Virus record (IMG/VR): IMGVR_UViG_3300037258_001195
Coordinates: 28,988-92,987 of that record
Length of the DNA: 64,000 nucleotides
Source: a virus
Strand: one strand, 5' to 3'
Made by a program: the position numbers and the translations under genes. Of this stretch, positions 38,766 through 48,507 are shown piece after piece (within the stretch, counting starts at the first letter, position 1; every line of letters begins with the position of its first letter). The notes under the pieces were generated by a model. The model did not search any database and was not told the DNA's origin. It saw only the letters and a list, made by a program, of their open reading frames with translations.

Positions 38766-39020
38766 ATGGACCCACAATCTTCCGGCGAACTAATCACATT
38801 CGTCGTGGCGCTGTATTTCATCCCCTCGATCATTGCCTTCGTGCGGGACGCAAAGAACAAAGCTGCAATCATTGTCCTAAACATCCTCACCGGCTGGACT
38901 CTTCTCGGCTGGTTAATCGCTCTGATTTGGTCCCTCGCAGCAGAGAAACGTAACGCGATGCGTCAGCTACGATCCGTCCCGAATCACTCATGTCCCACTT
39001 GCGGCGCAAAGCTAGTTTAG
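38766..39020 (+). CDS. Superinfection immunity protein (T4 Imm-like)
   Basis: LYFIPSIIA..R.....I.VLNILTGWTLLGWLIALIW; C-terminal CxxC. Confidence 0.85.
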   Translation: MDPQSSGELITFVVALYFIPSIIAFVRDAKNKAAIIVLNILTGWTLLGWLIALIWSLAAEKRNAMRQLRSVPNHSCPTCGAKLV

Positions 39021-39046
39021 ACCCCTAAAGGGAAGGAACCTGACTT

Positions 39047-39271
39047 ATGACCTTATATCAATTCCTAAACGGCACTCGTATTCTCTGGAACATCGGCGCT
39101 GACGAGTATCTATCTTGCATCAATCAAGAGGACCGAGATTATTTCGGGGATACTAAATTATGGAAAACGTTCCAGCAAGCTCCGCATAGAACATTCTCAG
39201 GTCTTCCTGACCAAGATCAACAACGAATCTTTACTTTAATCGAACGCCGCAACGCAAAAGTTGGACTCTAA
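39047..39271 (+). CDS. Hypothetical protein
   Basis: ORF with RBS. Confidence 0.55.
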   Translation: MTLYQFLNGTRILWNIGADEYLSCINQEDRDYFGDTKLWKTFQQAPHRTFSGLPDQDQQRIFTLIERRNAKVGL

Positions 39272-39289
39272 AAGAACAAGGCCACCCCC

Positions 39290-39514
39290 ATGTCCCAGTT
39301 CTCCCGCACCGATTACCTTTGGCTCGCCGATGCGTGGGCTGAAATAATCGCCAGCGAACCCCTAGCGACGGATCGCGCGGTTCTTGTCGAGGCGGCAGAG
39401 CGGTTCGCGGCTCTGCTGTCTCAGCAATCACCGACCGGATTTAACCCAAACCAATTCCTCGTAAACGTCACAATCGCATCCCGCAAGCGAAACCACTTAC
39501 CGGAAAGGACATAG
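39290..39514 (+). CDS. Hypothetical protein
   Basis: F...L....GFN..QF pattern seen in small phage proteins. Confidence 0.55.
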   Translation: MSQFSRTDYLWLADAWAEIIASEPLATDRAVLVEAAERFAALLSQQSPTGFNPNQFLVNVTIASRKRNHLPERT

Positions 39515-39516
39515 CA

Positions 39517-41007
39517 ATGGCTGGTCTTACAGAAAGCGTCATCGGCGCCAATCTAGAAGAGGAAATCACAGAGGATTTGCGTGTTAGCGGCATATCGCGT
39601 GAACGCTTTAATATAAGTCTTCTAGTTTCCCGACCGACATTTGCTTCCCAAATTATCCCAAAAATTCGCCAGTGGATGATCCTAAAGGGAATTCCAGAAA
39701 ACCGCGCTTGGGACGCCAGCGATTATGTCCTATGCAATGCCTTCTCCGCCGGCGATAGCTACCTGATGAGGATGCTTGAAAGCGACCTCATTAGGAAGCG
39801 AAAAAGAGCCCCGCGTGGTTTCGAGGGAATCGATCTCGACAAGCCAAACCCAATCGACCTCCTGAACAAAAATCTCGACGGCAGCGATCCCGCGCAAGCG
39901 AAAGCTGAAGTTCCCCCAGACAGTCCAAACCCGCTCCCCATCGACCCAAACTCAATCGCACAGGCAGCGGAAAAAGTCCTAAATCGCGCGTTAGAGTCCT
40001 ATCGCCGCGAGGCACAAAGCGCCCTGACCTCCGCTGCAAGCGGAATCCAAGATCGCCTTGGCGCCGCGCTTGACAGGCGTTGGACCGAAGCCCTCGTCAC
40101 ATTTGACGAAAAGACCAAGGACCTAGTCTCTGAGACAAAAACCCTGGTCCTCGAACTTGCGGCGAAACAAATTCCGCATGAAATCAACGTGCGGAAGGAC
40201 AACAAACTAATCACCCGTCTGCCGGCCGAAATTCGTCACGAAAGTTTCTCCCGAATCCTAAAATGGCTCCTAGTCGGCGAAAACGTCTATATCGTTGGCC
40301 CTGCAGGAACCGGAAAGACCCACCTCGCGAAGCAACTCGCAGCGGCTCTTGGCAAGGACCTATTCCTCCCCAGCCAAGCCCTGACGAAATACGACATCTC
40401 AGGCTATAAAGGCCCATCGGGAGAGTATTTTGGAACTTGCGTTCGGGACGCCCTGGAATTCGGCGGCCTGCTATTCGTCGACGAGGGTGATATGTGGGCC
40501 GCTGCCGCGCTCGGCTTCCTAAATGCCCCGCTCGCAAACGGCTGGTGCAGTTTTCCCGACAAAACAATCGCCGTCCACCCAGATTTCCAATGCATAATCG
40601 CGGCGAACACATTTGGACGTGGAGCCACCCAAGAATACATTGGGCGAAATCCCCTCGACGCAGCGAGCATTGACAGATTTGCCTTCGAAATCGTCGAGTA
40701 TGACGAAAACCTGGAAAAACTCCTCTACGGCAACGGTCCTTGGGTTCAGTACTGCCATCGAATTCGGGCTGCCGTCATCGAACTCAAACTTCGCCACATC
40801 ATCTCGATGCGGGCGATCAATCGAGTCCTACAGGGCATTCAGGCCGAACTCTCAGTCGACGAAGTTTGCTTCTCAGCTTTGTGGCGCGGCCTGGACAAAG
40901 ATACCATCACCAAAATCAAATCCATTGCCGGCGAACCCCCGAGGATCTTGCGAGTTGTCGAGGACGACGAGCCGGAAGATGAATTCCTAACTGGAACGGA
41001 CGAGTGA
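39517..41007 (+). CDS. MoxR/CobS-like AAA+ ATPase
   Basis: GPAGTGKT, LLFVDE, HPDF..IAANT.G.G, LDAASIDRF, ISMR. Confidence 0.88.
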   Translation: MAGLTESVIGANLEEEITEDLRVSGISRERFNISLLVSRPTFASQIIPKIRQWMILKGIPENRAWDASDYVLCNAFSAGDSYLMRMLESDLIRKRKRAPRGFEGIDLDKPNPIDLLNKNLDGSDPAQAKAEVPPDSPNPLPIDPNSIAQAAEKVLNRALESYRREAQSALTSAASGIQDRLGAALDRRWTEALVTFDEKTKDLVSETKTLVLELAAKQIPHEINVRKDNKLITRLPAEIRHESFSRILKWLLVGENVYIVGPAGTGKTHLAKQLAAALGKDLFLPSQALTKYDISGYKGPSGEYFGTCVRDALEFGGLLFVDEGDMWAAAALGFLNAPLANGWCSFPDKTIAVHPDFQCIIAANTFGRGATQEYIGRNPLDAASIDRFAFEIVEYDENLEKLLYGNGPWVQYCHRIRAAVIELKLRHIISMRAINRVLQGIQAELSVDEVCFSALWRGLDKDTITKIKSIAGEPPRILRVVEDDEPEDEFLTGTDE

Positions 41008-41008
41008 G

Positions 41009-41218
41009 ATGAGTCGGTATTACACCCCTCCTCGTCGACGTCATCCAGTCGATCGCGGAACCGAATTGCATCGTTGGACAATCCAAGTCCTTCACAGCCT
41101 AAATAACAACCGATCCTGGAAACGACATCCAGCCCCATTTGCAAAGCATCGCGCCGGAGAATTGCGCCGCGCGGGTCGACATCTCATTCTCTCAATCAAA
41201 TTGGGAGACTTCAGATGA
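41009..41218 (+). CDS. Small basic hypothetical protein
   Basis: Coupled between the AAA and vWA-like genes. Confidence 0.4.
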   Translation: MSRYYTPPRRRHPVDRGTELHRWTIQVLHSLNNNRSWKRHPAPFAKHRAGELRRAGRHLILSIKLGDFR

Positions 41219-42357
41219 GACGTTTCGCCAAAACCCGTCCGCCATTCACGTTTCAGAACCCACATCGCCGGCTCAAGAACCTCCTCGGGGAAAGCAACAT
41301 TGGACCGGGTGATCAGCTTTCCGACGAAACCGACGAGCGTCCTTGGGGTGATATTGACGAAAACCAAGAATCCGAAGCCGGCGACGCAAGCAACGAAAGC
41401 GATGAAGCTGACGCCACCGTCCCCGATGATGCGAGCGAAACCTCTGCCGAACTCACAGACACCACGTTGGAGGAATTCGAGTTAGACGAACCTCCAGCCC
41501 ATCTCGCGCGCCTGCCAGGTCTAATTCAAAATGACTCCAACGCAGTTATTCGGGAATTTCATTCTTTCTCCGAATTTGTCGAAACTGCCGCCCGCGATGA
41601 CCTCTATGCGTGGAAATGGGTTAAACTCTCCCACGCCCTAGGCAACGGCGGGGGACACATGGGATCAGGAACAAACTCTTTTGACGAAGCCCTTAAACTT
41701 GCGCGGTTTGGCTGGCCTGAAGGGCGAAAACTAATGTCCGAGAGCCTAGCTCTAATCATCCCCCGTCCAGAACCGTTCCGAAGCCAAATCTACGACGTTG
41801 GTGGCGCATATCCAATAGTCCCGATCGCGATCACCGGCGACCCCGCGTGCATGGTGGATTTCTACAACGCCAACATTGCAACGCAGCCCATCGTGCGAAT
41901 CGATCAAAACATCCGCGCCTCTTGGAACGTCGAGCCGGAAACCATGATGACTCACGGCGCGGCGGTTTTAAGTCTAGTATCCGATCTAGAGGCTCGTGGG
42001 TATTCGGTCGAATTGCGAATTTTCGAGCACAATCATTGCATTGCCAGAGGACCGAACCTAATCTGGTCCGCAATATACAAACGGGCCGGAGAGCTACTGG
42101 ACCTAGATCGCGCCGCTTTCGCCCTGGCGCACCCTGCTGTCCTACGTCGCTTCGGCTTCACAATGCGCGAACAATCTCCGGAGCTTGAGCGAGGATACAG
42201 CGCCGAATATGGGTTTGAGACCAACAAGCCCATCGACCTCAACGTCATAACCATCCCGCCGGTGTCAAAGGGCGAAACTCCCGAACGCGCCCGAGAGATT
42301 GTCCAAAAAGCCGCCGCCGACTTCCTCACCAACTCAAACCTGGAGAACGCAGCATGA
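41215..42357 (+). CDS. vWA-like partner of the AAA+ ATPase
   Basis: Acidic linker, A..GWPEG, GDP.CM, AF.LAHPA.LRR; adjacent to the AAA gene. Confidence 0.6.
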   Translation: MRRFAKTRPPFTFQNPHRRLKNLLGESNIGPGDQLSDETDERPWGDIDENQESEAGDASNESDEADATVPDDASETSAELTDTTLEEFELDEPPAHLARLPGLIQNDSNAVIREFHSFSEFVETAARDDLYAWKWVKLSHALGNGGGHMGSGTNSFDEALKLARFGWPEGRKLMSESLALIIPRPEPFRSQIYDVGGAYPIVPIAITGDPACMVDFYNANIATQPIVRIDQNIRASWNVEPETMMTHGAAVLSLVSDLEARGYSVELRIFEHNHCIARGPNLIWSAIYKRAGELLDLDRAAFALAHPAVLRRFGFTMREQSPELERGYSAEYGFETNKPIDLNVITIPPVSKGETPERAREIVQKAAADFLTNSNLENAA

Positions 42358-42587
42358 CGCGCAGCGAGCTAAATGACAACAAGCGAAAGAAAACCCGCCT
42401 AGTCGACGTCCCAACGAAAGCTGTCGTTGTCGCATTCTCAATACGAGTGCCAACTTCAATGCGCCACGATAAAATCGCCGCCTATATACGAACAGCAGTG
42501 ATGTCGGAAGCTGGAAACTATCCCCCTGGAGAAAACGAATATTACGTCACCATCAACAAAGACAGAATAGAGATATTCATGCCATGA
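42354..42587 (+). CDS. Hypothetical protein
   Basis: ATGA coupling. Confidence 0.5.
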   Translation: MTRSELNDNKRKKTRLVDVPTKAVVVAFSIRVPTSMRHDKIAAYIRTAVMSEAGNYPPGENEYYVTINKDRIEIFMP

Positions 42588-42766
42588 GCAAGTCAAGACT
42601 AGAATGCCCAAAGTGCTCCTGTCCTCGTGTAGAAGTCCAAGTCATTGCCTGGTGGGCATATACCAATGCGATTTCACAGGGACAAGGAGATGATTATATC
42701 GAAATCAAAGATGACGGATACGCGATCTGTCAGGAATGCAGCCATCAATGGCGAACGCAATCATGA
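42584..42766 (+). CDS. Zinc-ribbon protein
   Basis: CPKC...CQEC. Confidence 0.55.
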   Translation: MSKSRLECPKCSCPRVEVQVIAWWAYTNAISQGQGDDYIEIKDDGYAICQECSHQWRTQS

Positions 42767-42948
42767 GCGAATCCCCAACTATTTGGCCGCAACTAGCAAT
42801 GGCAGGTTTATGGACATTAAGCCTCGGCATGTCCATAGCTAAGCATGGTCAACCGAGAGACCCTGAAAACGCATGGATAACACTAACTGCAATCATCCTA
42901 TCCGCAACAATCCTATACTTCGGCAACTTCTGGAGCAATATCCTATGA
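42763..42948 (+). CDS. Small two-TM membrane protein
   Basis: WPQ..HGQPR..LYFGNFW. Confidence 0.55.
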   Translation: MSESPTIWPQLAMAGLWTLSLGMSIAKHGQPRDPENAWITLTAIILSATILYFGNFWSNIL

Positions 42949-43358
42949 GCAAAATCCTCGAACTTCCAATCGTCGGAATCTTCCACCATCCGCCCGCAAT
43001 GGTGCTGGTCAAGATCATTCCCCTCAACGCGAACCTTTGGCTTCGGGGCGAGCCGGAAAATCGCTACGACTCCAACGCAATCGCCGTCGACCTCGACATC
43101 GACCTCCTGAACCTGCTCAATCGCCCGGATCGAAAAAACGAATTCCAACATGCCTTCAACTCCTATCGCGAACGTCATCCCGACGGGCCGGATTTCGCCG
43201 ACGTAATGGCTTGCGGTCGATTTCACCTCGGCTACCTAGCAGCCGTGTATGCTAGTCAAATCGTCGCCGATCCTCGCTGGACTGGAAACGTCCCCGGTAT
43301 CCTTCGGTTCGATGCGAAAGCCAAACCCCTAGTTAAGTTCGAGCTAAAAGGGCTCTAG
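42945..43358 (+). CDS. HIRAN domain protein
   Basis: IVG..H, L..EPEN.YD.NAIAV, LGYL. Confidence 0.8.
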   Translation: MSKILELPIVGIFHHPPAMVLVKIIPLNANLWLRGEPENRYDSNAIAVDLDIDLLNLLNRPDRKNEFQHAFNSYRERHPDGPDFADVMACGRFHLGYLAAVYASQIVADPRWTGNVPGILRFDAKAKPLVKFELKGL

Positions 43359-43515
43359 GCAATGCCAGACTATAAACAGCTCCTAACCGAACTGACAGCA
43401 GCTATAACAGAGGTCATTAATGCCGACGAATTACCAAAGGTAACTATACGTAACATACGATTGTGTGCCATTTTAGCCACAGTTACTACAGTCTTACAAA
43501 AGGAAACTTTATGTA

Positions 43516-43755
43516 ATGAACGATGATCTCGAAATTCACCCCGCGCCGCGAAAATACGACGTCCTTTCGATCTTTCGCTTACCGGCCTTCTGGCGGGGCG
43601 CGCAAACAACCCGACGAGAAATGCACGATTTCCGTCCCATGGGTGACTTAGGAATTCTTGAAAAGAAAACCCTCTTAGGTTTCGACCCAGAAACGCTACC
43701 CGAATTCCACCGCTGGCTTGGCCAAAGCACCAGCCCCAAAGGAACACCATCATGA
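43516..43755 (+). CDS. Hypothetical protein
   Basis: ORF in the early operon. Confidence 0.45.
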   Translation: MNDDLEIHPAPRKYDVLSIFRLPAFWRGAQTTRREMHDFRPMGDLGILEKKTLLGFDPETLPEFHRWLGQSTSPKGTPS

Positions 43756-43908
43756 TCGACGATGATCTGGACCTAGAAGAGCAAGTTGAACTAAATCGGC
43801 TCGGCATCGTCATCCTCCGCAGCGCGCAGATTGCGGGTGCAATTGTCCTATTCCTTGCCGCCACGCTGGCGTGGCACCTAAATAGCATCTGGTAGGGGCG
43901 CAGTCGCA

Positions 43909-44205
43909 ATGACCATACACGAAATCCTAATTGCCGCGAAAGCGCTGATCCCGGACGAGGAACATTGGTGGCGCGGTTCACACATCAGTGGTCCACGTTG
44001 GGACGATTGTTGCTGTCCGGTGATCGCAATGCATGAAGCTAGCGGCGCTGCAACAGACGCGTGGATGCGCGCGTGTGACCTGTTCGATGAGATCATTGGG
44101 GGCCGGGCGGCATCGTGGAATGACGATCCCTCTCGTACCTTTGCCGAAGTTCACGCCGCGTTCGACCGTGCCATCGAGGCAACCCGGCCACGAGCTCAAT
44201 CCTGA
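43909..44205 (+). CDS. DUF6197-like protein
   Basis: WNDDPSRTFAEVHAAFDRAI. Confidence 0.65.
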   Translation: MTIHEILIAAKALIPDEEHWWRGSHISGPRWDDCCCPVIAMHEASGAATDAWMRACDLFDEIIGGRAASWNDDPSRTFAEVHAAFDRAIEATRPRAQS

Positions 44206-44223
44206 CAAAAAGGAACCAAACCA

Positions 44224-44793
44224 ATGACCGAGACCTCTCCAAGTCCTTTCGCCCGCTCTTGCGGCGCCTGTAATGTCTGCTGCACCGCGCTCGGCGTAGA
44301 GGAACTCAAGAAATACCCCGCAACGCGCTGCGACTACTTACGGACTTCCGCAAACCAATCTCATAAATGTTGCGCGATTTACGATACCCGACCAACCGCT
44401 TGCGCGCGATTCCATTGCGCTTGGATCGAAGGACTTGGAAACCCCCTCGTGGGCCGACCCGACCGCAGCGGAATCATGATAGTAGTCTATCCCGGCGAAG
44501 ACAGCCCGGCGCCTTCCGCCGTCGTCACAATCATCGACCCACGCCGTTCCGGTAGCCTTAGCGACCAGAGCAGCCAGCTCTACAGCTTCACAATGCAGTT
44601 GCTGCAATTGGGCTTCATGGACATAAAGATCATCAATCGCGCAATAGGCAGCGTCATTTACATCAAGGATGGTCTCGCCTACACCGGCCACCTAGCCCCA
44701 CAAGAAGGCTACGAAGACCTGAAATTCACAATCCTAGACCCACCAATTGGAAAAATCGAAACCCAAGAGGAACCTTCCAATGTCAACCAGTGA
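44224..44793 (+). CDS. YkgJ / CxxCxxCC cysteine-cluster protein
   Basis: CGACNVCC..C.YL...CAIYDTRPTAC..FHCAW..RPD. Confidence 0.8.
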   Translation: MTETSPSPFARSCGACNVCCTALGVEELKKYPATRCDYLRTSANQSHKCCAIYDTRPTACARFHCAWIEGLGNPLVGRPDRSGIMIVVYPGEDSPAPSAVVTIIDPRRSGSLSDQSSQLYSFTMQLLQLGFMDIKIINRAIGSVIYIKDGLAYTGHLAPQEGYEDLKFTILDPPIGKIETQEEPSNVNQ

Positions 44794-45091
44794 TCACGTT
44801 CTCGAACTCGTCCAGGCAATGAATCGCGCCAAACAACAGCAGGAAACCGACGAGGACAAAGTCGTCTCGGACAAAATCGCCGGCATCTGCCAAAGATATC
44901 TCGACTTGATAAATTCCGAGCTAACCGACGGCGACGAGATAAATGGAATTGTCCATATCCATATGCTTGCCCTAGCGGTTAGCCTCGTCAAGAAGAAAAT
45001 ACCCTACCAGGGGGCAATCACAATTGGACTAGAAATCGGTTCTACCCTTTTGAATAGAATTGACACCGTTTATAGGGAATGTCAGAAATGA
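44780..45091 (+). CDS. Hypothetical protein
   Basis: GAGG RBS. Confidence 0.55.
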   Translation: MSTSDHVLELVQAMNRAKQQQETDEDKVVSDKIAGICQRYLDLINSELTDGDEINGIVHIHMLALAVSLVKKKIPYQGAITIGLEIGSTLLNRIDTVYRECQK

Positions 45092-45429
45092 CCCACGAAG
45101 AATTCCTCGCCCTTCCAGCAATTAACGAAACCCTGATTCGCCAGTATTTCGACCGAGGCGAAATCGACAACCTAATTCGGGTTATGGACTTCTTGTTTCG
45201 CCAGAAATCGCGAGCGGAGATGCTGGCGCGGGCATATTTGGCCCAGAATGAGGTGCTGCGCCAACGGCTTGAGGTGCTGAGAGCGGGGGCGAGTGAGCCC
45301 AGCCTGCCAGCACCACGCCAACGCACCAGCACCACAGCGGCCCCCACGCGCCAGCCAGCCACCCCCAAACAACCCTCCGCGGCGGCGGCGGCGAAAACCC
45401 CCGACCTCTCCTTAGCACTTGACCTTTAG
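45079..45429 (+). CDS. Hypothetical protein ending DLSLALDL
   Basis: ORF; start may be 45088. Confidence 0.65.
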   Translation: MSEMTHEEFLALPAINETLIRQYFDRGEIDNLIRVMDFLFRQKSRAEMLARAYLAQNEVLRQRLEVLRAGASEPSLPAPRQRTSTTAAPTRQPATPKQPSAAAAAKTPDLSLALDL

Positions 45430-45440
45430 GAGAATGTATT

Positions 45441-45629
45441 ATGAAAATAAGTATCGAACTATCAGAAGAAAACATTCGCCAGATATTAGCAGACTATCTA
45501 AATGAAAATTACCACACAAACCTATCAGGAGATTCTATAGTTATAGAAGTCAAATCCAAGCAAAATTATCGTAGCGAATGGGAACGTGCAAGTATTCGAA
45601 TTAAGCAGGAGATTATCCCTCGACAATAA
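45441..45629 (+). CDS. Small AT-rich hypothetical protein
   Basis: AGGAG RBS. Confidence 0.6.
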   Translation: MKISIELSEENIRQILADYLNENYHTNLSGDSIVIEVKSKQNYRSEWERASIRIKQEIIPRQ

Positions 45630-45632
45630 TCT

Positions 45633-45690
45633 ATTGTATGCCCAATACACGCTACGGCTTGTATGCCTAACGTATGCCCTTGTATGCCAA
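45633..45690. promoter_or_regulatory. Intergenic GTATGCC x4 repeat element, copy 2
   Basis: TTGTATGCC at 45634, 45659 and 45680; CGTATGCC at 45671. Confidence 0.6.
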
Positions 45691-45714
45691 CCCAAACAAA
45701 GGTAAACTCCTCAA

Positions 45715-46059
45715 ATGCCCGCAACCCCTCCCGACGAAACCGAGATGCGTCTAGTCCGCAGCGCCTACAACACCGCAGGCGGAATCCTGACAATCCCAAT
45801 GGCCGACGGAAGAATCGCAATCTACACCCGGCAGAGTCACTTTCATTCCATTGTCGAAAGCCTCGAAGAGATAGACCTAATCGCTATCAATTCCGAATGC
45901 AAGAGAATCGACCATTGGAACGGAAAAATTCGCTCCGCCGCGCGGTTCTACGGTGAGCCAGACGATAAGAACCTTGCCCGCGACCTTCGACGAGAACGGG
46001 CGCCAGTGAGAACTCGACTAACCCAAGCCGCTATCGACGACCTCGCAATCGATCTCTAA
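45715..46059 (+). CDS. Hypothetical protein ending DDLAIDL
   Basis: ORF. Confidence 0.65.
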   Translation: MPATPPDETEMRLVRSAYNTAGGILTIPMADGRIAIYTRQSHFHSIVESLEEIDLIAINSECKRIDHWNGKIRSAARFYGEPDDKNLARDLRRERAPVRTRLTQAAIDDLAIDL

Positions 46060-46071
46060 GGAACCCTCTCT

Positions 46072-46365
46072 ATGCCAATCGAAACAATAGAAAAGCCGAT
46101 GACCTTCGACGAATGGGTGATCGCGGAGTCGCGAAAAACCGCATCGGACGTAATTGAGGCCGAGCTCGAAAAGCAAGGTCTCCCACTCCCAAAGGACTCT
46201 GCGCTCGACGCCCACATCGACGCCCTATTGGCGAGCCGGCCCGATATCCTAGACTCAGCACGCGCCCGCGTCGAGGCAAAGAGCGACGCATATTCCGCCG
46301 CCCTTCGAGCAATCGGCATCACGCCAATTTTAATCGAAGCCCTGGACCTAGACATCGATCCATGA
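46072..46365 (+). CDS. Hypothetical protein ending ALDLDIDP
   Basis: AAGGA RBS. Confidence 0.65.
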   Translation: MPIETIEKPMTFDEWVIAESRKTASDVIEAELEKQGLPLPKDSALDAHIDALLASRPDILDSARARVEAKSDAYSAALRAIGITPILIEALDLDIDP

Positions 46366-46378
46366 CGCGCCGCGAGAG

Positions 46379-46654
46379 ATGCTGCGAGAAATGGGGACTA
46401 AAATGAGCCTCCAAAGCGATATCGCGATCCAAATCCTCCGCGCTGCGAGCCAGACCCCCCTCGGCGTCCGTGTGAAGATCACGGCGATTTCTCCCGACGT
46501 AATCATGCCGCCTCTCCGCGCCAAGGGACTTCTCTACGCGGCGAAGAAAATCAATTCCGAGTTCGCGAACCTAACTGTCCGATTTGATCCGATCGACCCC
46601 GAAAACTATCTATGGATCCATCCGATGAAACCGGAAGACGAGATCGACCTATGA
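46379..46654 (+). CDS. Hypothetical protein ending DEIDL
   Basis: ORF; start may be 46403. Confidence 0.6.
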   Translation: MLREMGTKMSLQSDIAIQILRAASQTPLGVRVKITAISPDVIMPPLRAKGLLYAAKKINSEFANLTVRFDPIDPENYLWIHPMKPEDEIDL

Positions 46655-47001
46655 CCGAAATCCTCAACGCAAGAATTAAATCCACCACGCTCGGCGTCGA
46701 AGATCATGGAATTATGACCTTCTTCGTATTCATCGAGTGGCCCGGCGCCGGATGCGGACTAGGTGGCTATGCCCTCGACGCACGGGAAAACGGCAAGCCT
46801 TGCGGCGGATCAGGACATGCCTACCAGGCAATTCGCCAAATTCTCGAAACCGTTGGCGTGGATAAATGGGAAAAATTGCCCGGAACTCTAATTCGCATCG
46901 TGCATCCCGGACTGGGACGAGGCCTGACAAAAATCGGCCACATCCTCGACGACAAATGGTTCGACATTGAGGATTGGATGAAACAAGAGGACCATCCCTA
47001 A
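46651..47001 (+). CDS. Conserved phage hypothetical protein
   Basis: NARI.ST.LG.EDHG..GGY.LD..VGV..WE.L.G..IGH. Confidence 0.65.
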   Translation: MTEILNARIKSTTLGVEDHGIMTFFVFIEWPGAGCGLGGYALDARENGKPCGGSGHAYQAIRQILETVGVDKWEKLPGTLIRIVHPGLGRGLTKIGHILDDKWFDIEDWMKQEDHP

Positions 47002-47243
47002 TGCCTGCAAAATCCGCTGAACCCCTAGTTCGCCTCTGCGTCAGAATTCGAGAAGCAGACGACAATATCCTCGAAGAAATGTGCGCCCTGCAAAAAGTCG
47101 GGAAGAACCGTCTCATCCGGGAGATGATTCGATCTTACGTCGCCCAATCATCCGCGCTCGTCCGACGCAACATCGACCGCATCGAGCCAATGAAACAAGA
47201 GGACCCCGACACAACACAGGTGCGGGAGACAGAGAATGTCTGA
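47001..47243 (+). CDS. Ribbon-helix-helix-like protein
   Basis: VRLCVRI..D...L.....N.LIR..I..YV. Confidence 0.5.
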   Translation: MPAKSAEPLVRLCVRIREADDNILEEMCALQKVGKNRLIREMIRSYVAQSSALVRRNIDRIEPMKQEDPDTTQVRETENV

Positions 47244-47550
47244 CCTCAAAGTCGGCCTCCAGCAAACCCCCGGCGAACAATCGGACCTAGAAGCCGAGTT
47301 AATCGCAACTAGTCCGCTTCGCGCTGTCGATCCAGCCTCGATCGACGAACTCCTCGAACGAGTGAACGAACATCTAATTGCCGGCGTCCCAAACAAACTT
47401 CGCGAAAACGACGACGAGCTTTTGCGAAGACTCGTTGACGGCTTTCGTCGCGAGGCAATCGATTGGGCCACCGCAGAGCGGACCAAAAAGCCACGCGCCC
47501 CCCGAGGGGAGAAGAAAGCAGTCGACCTCAACCTGGCGATGGACCTCTAG
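47236..47550 (+). CDS. Hypothetical protein ending DLNLAMDL
   Basis: GGGAG RBS. Confidence 0.65.
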   Translation: MSDLKVGLQQTPGEQSDLEAELIATSPLRAVDPASIDELLERVNEHLIAGVPNKLRENDDELLRRLVDGFRREAIDWATAERTKKPRAPRGEKKAVDLNLAMDL

Positions 47551-47553
47551 ACG

Positions 47554-48507
47554 ATGCCCGAGACCAACAAAGCCTTCTCAACGAAATTCCCGAAGCTCCA
47601 GACCGCGTGGGACTCAACGAGCTTCAATTGCCTCGATAAATGTCCCCGCTACTATCAACTCTCAATCATCGAAGGTTATTGCGGCTCTGGTCCCCCGAAC
47701 GACAATCTTCTATTCGGCTTTCTCTGGCACGCCGCCGAGGAGACTTATCAACACCAGCGCGCGCAAAACGTCGACCACGAAAGTGCTGTTCGCCACGTCG
47801 TGTATTGCCTTTTAGTAAATACCTGGGACTTTATTCGCGCTCGCCCCTGGATGAGCGGCGAGCCAAACAAGACCCGAGAAACCCTTCTGCGAACAATCAT
47901 CGTCTATCTAGATCATTATGAATTCGATCCACTCAAAACGGCAATCCGCGCAGACGGAATTCCGATGGTCGAGGTTAGCTTTCGCTTCGACCTGACCGAC
48001 ATTGACGAAACCTTCGCCGCCCCCGACGGAACCAGCTATATGCTATGCGGGCATCTGGACAAAGTTGCAGATTGGAACGATGAGTATTGGATCATCGACA
48101 AGAAATCCACCAAATACGAACTTAACGAGGATTACTTCAAGCAATTCCTTCCCGACAATCAAATGTCCATTTACGCCATTGCCGGCCAAGTAGTTTTGTC
48201 CAAGCCGATTCGCGGCGTGATAATCGACGCCGCCCAGATTCTTGTCAATGGAACCCGACTTCGTCGCCGCCCGACACCCCGAGAACCACCGCAGCTCTCT
48301 GAATGGCTAACCGACTTTCAAATGAAACTTCGCGAGAACGAAAGCTACGTCGCCAATGACTATTGGCCCCAACGGCCACAAAGCTGCGGCTATGGTCGAA
48401 TGCAATGTCTCTTCCGACCTGTTTGTTCCGCTGAGCCCGAGGCGCGACAGGAGATGCTAGAGAACTTCTACGGTCGCCGCACTTGGGACCCACTTACTCC
48501 GAGGTGA
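47554..48507 (+). CDS. PD-(D/E)XK exonuclease (RecB/Cas4-like)
   Basis: CPR.Y, G..WH, E, GHLD, IIDKKS, Q...Y, C...C...C. Confidence 0.85.
   Translation: MPETNKAFSTKFPKLQTAWDSTSFNCLDKCPRYYQLSIIEGYCGSGPPNDNLLFGFLWHAAEETYQHQRAQNVDHESAVRHVVYCLLVNTWDFIRARPWMSGEPNKTRETLLRTIIVYLDHYEFDPLKTAIRADGIPMVEVSFRFDLTDIDETFAAPDGTSYMLCGHLDKVADWNDEYWIIDKKSTKYELNEDYFKQFLPDNQMSIYAIAGQVVLSKPIRGVIIDAAQILVNGTRLRRRPTPREPPQLSEWLTDFQMKLRENESYVANDYWPQRPQSCGYGRMQCLFRPVCSAEPEARQEMLENFYGRRTWDPLTPR

Noticed and set aside
43370-43981. 203-aa minus-strand ORF
   Set aside because: Antisense to several coupled plus-strand small genes
45630-45690. CRISPR mini-array
   Set aside because: Repeats are only 7-9 bp with irregular short spacing; the Cas4-like gene belongs to a recombination module
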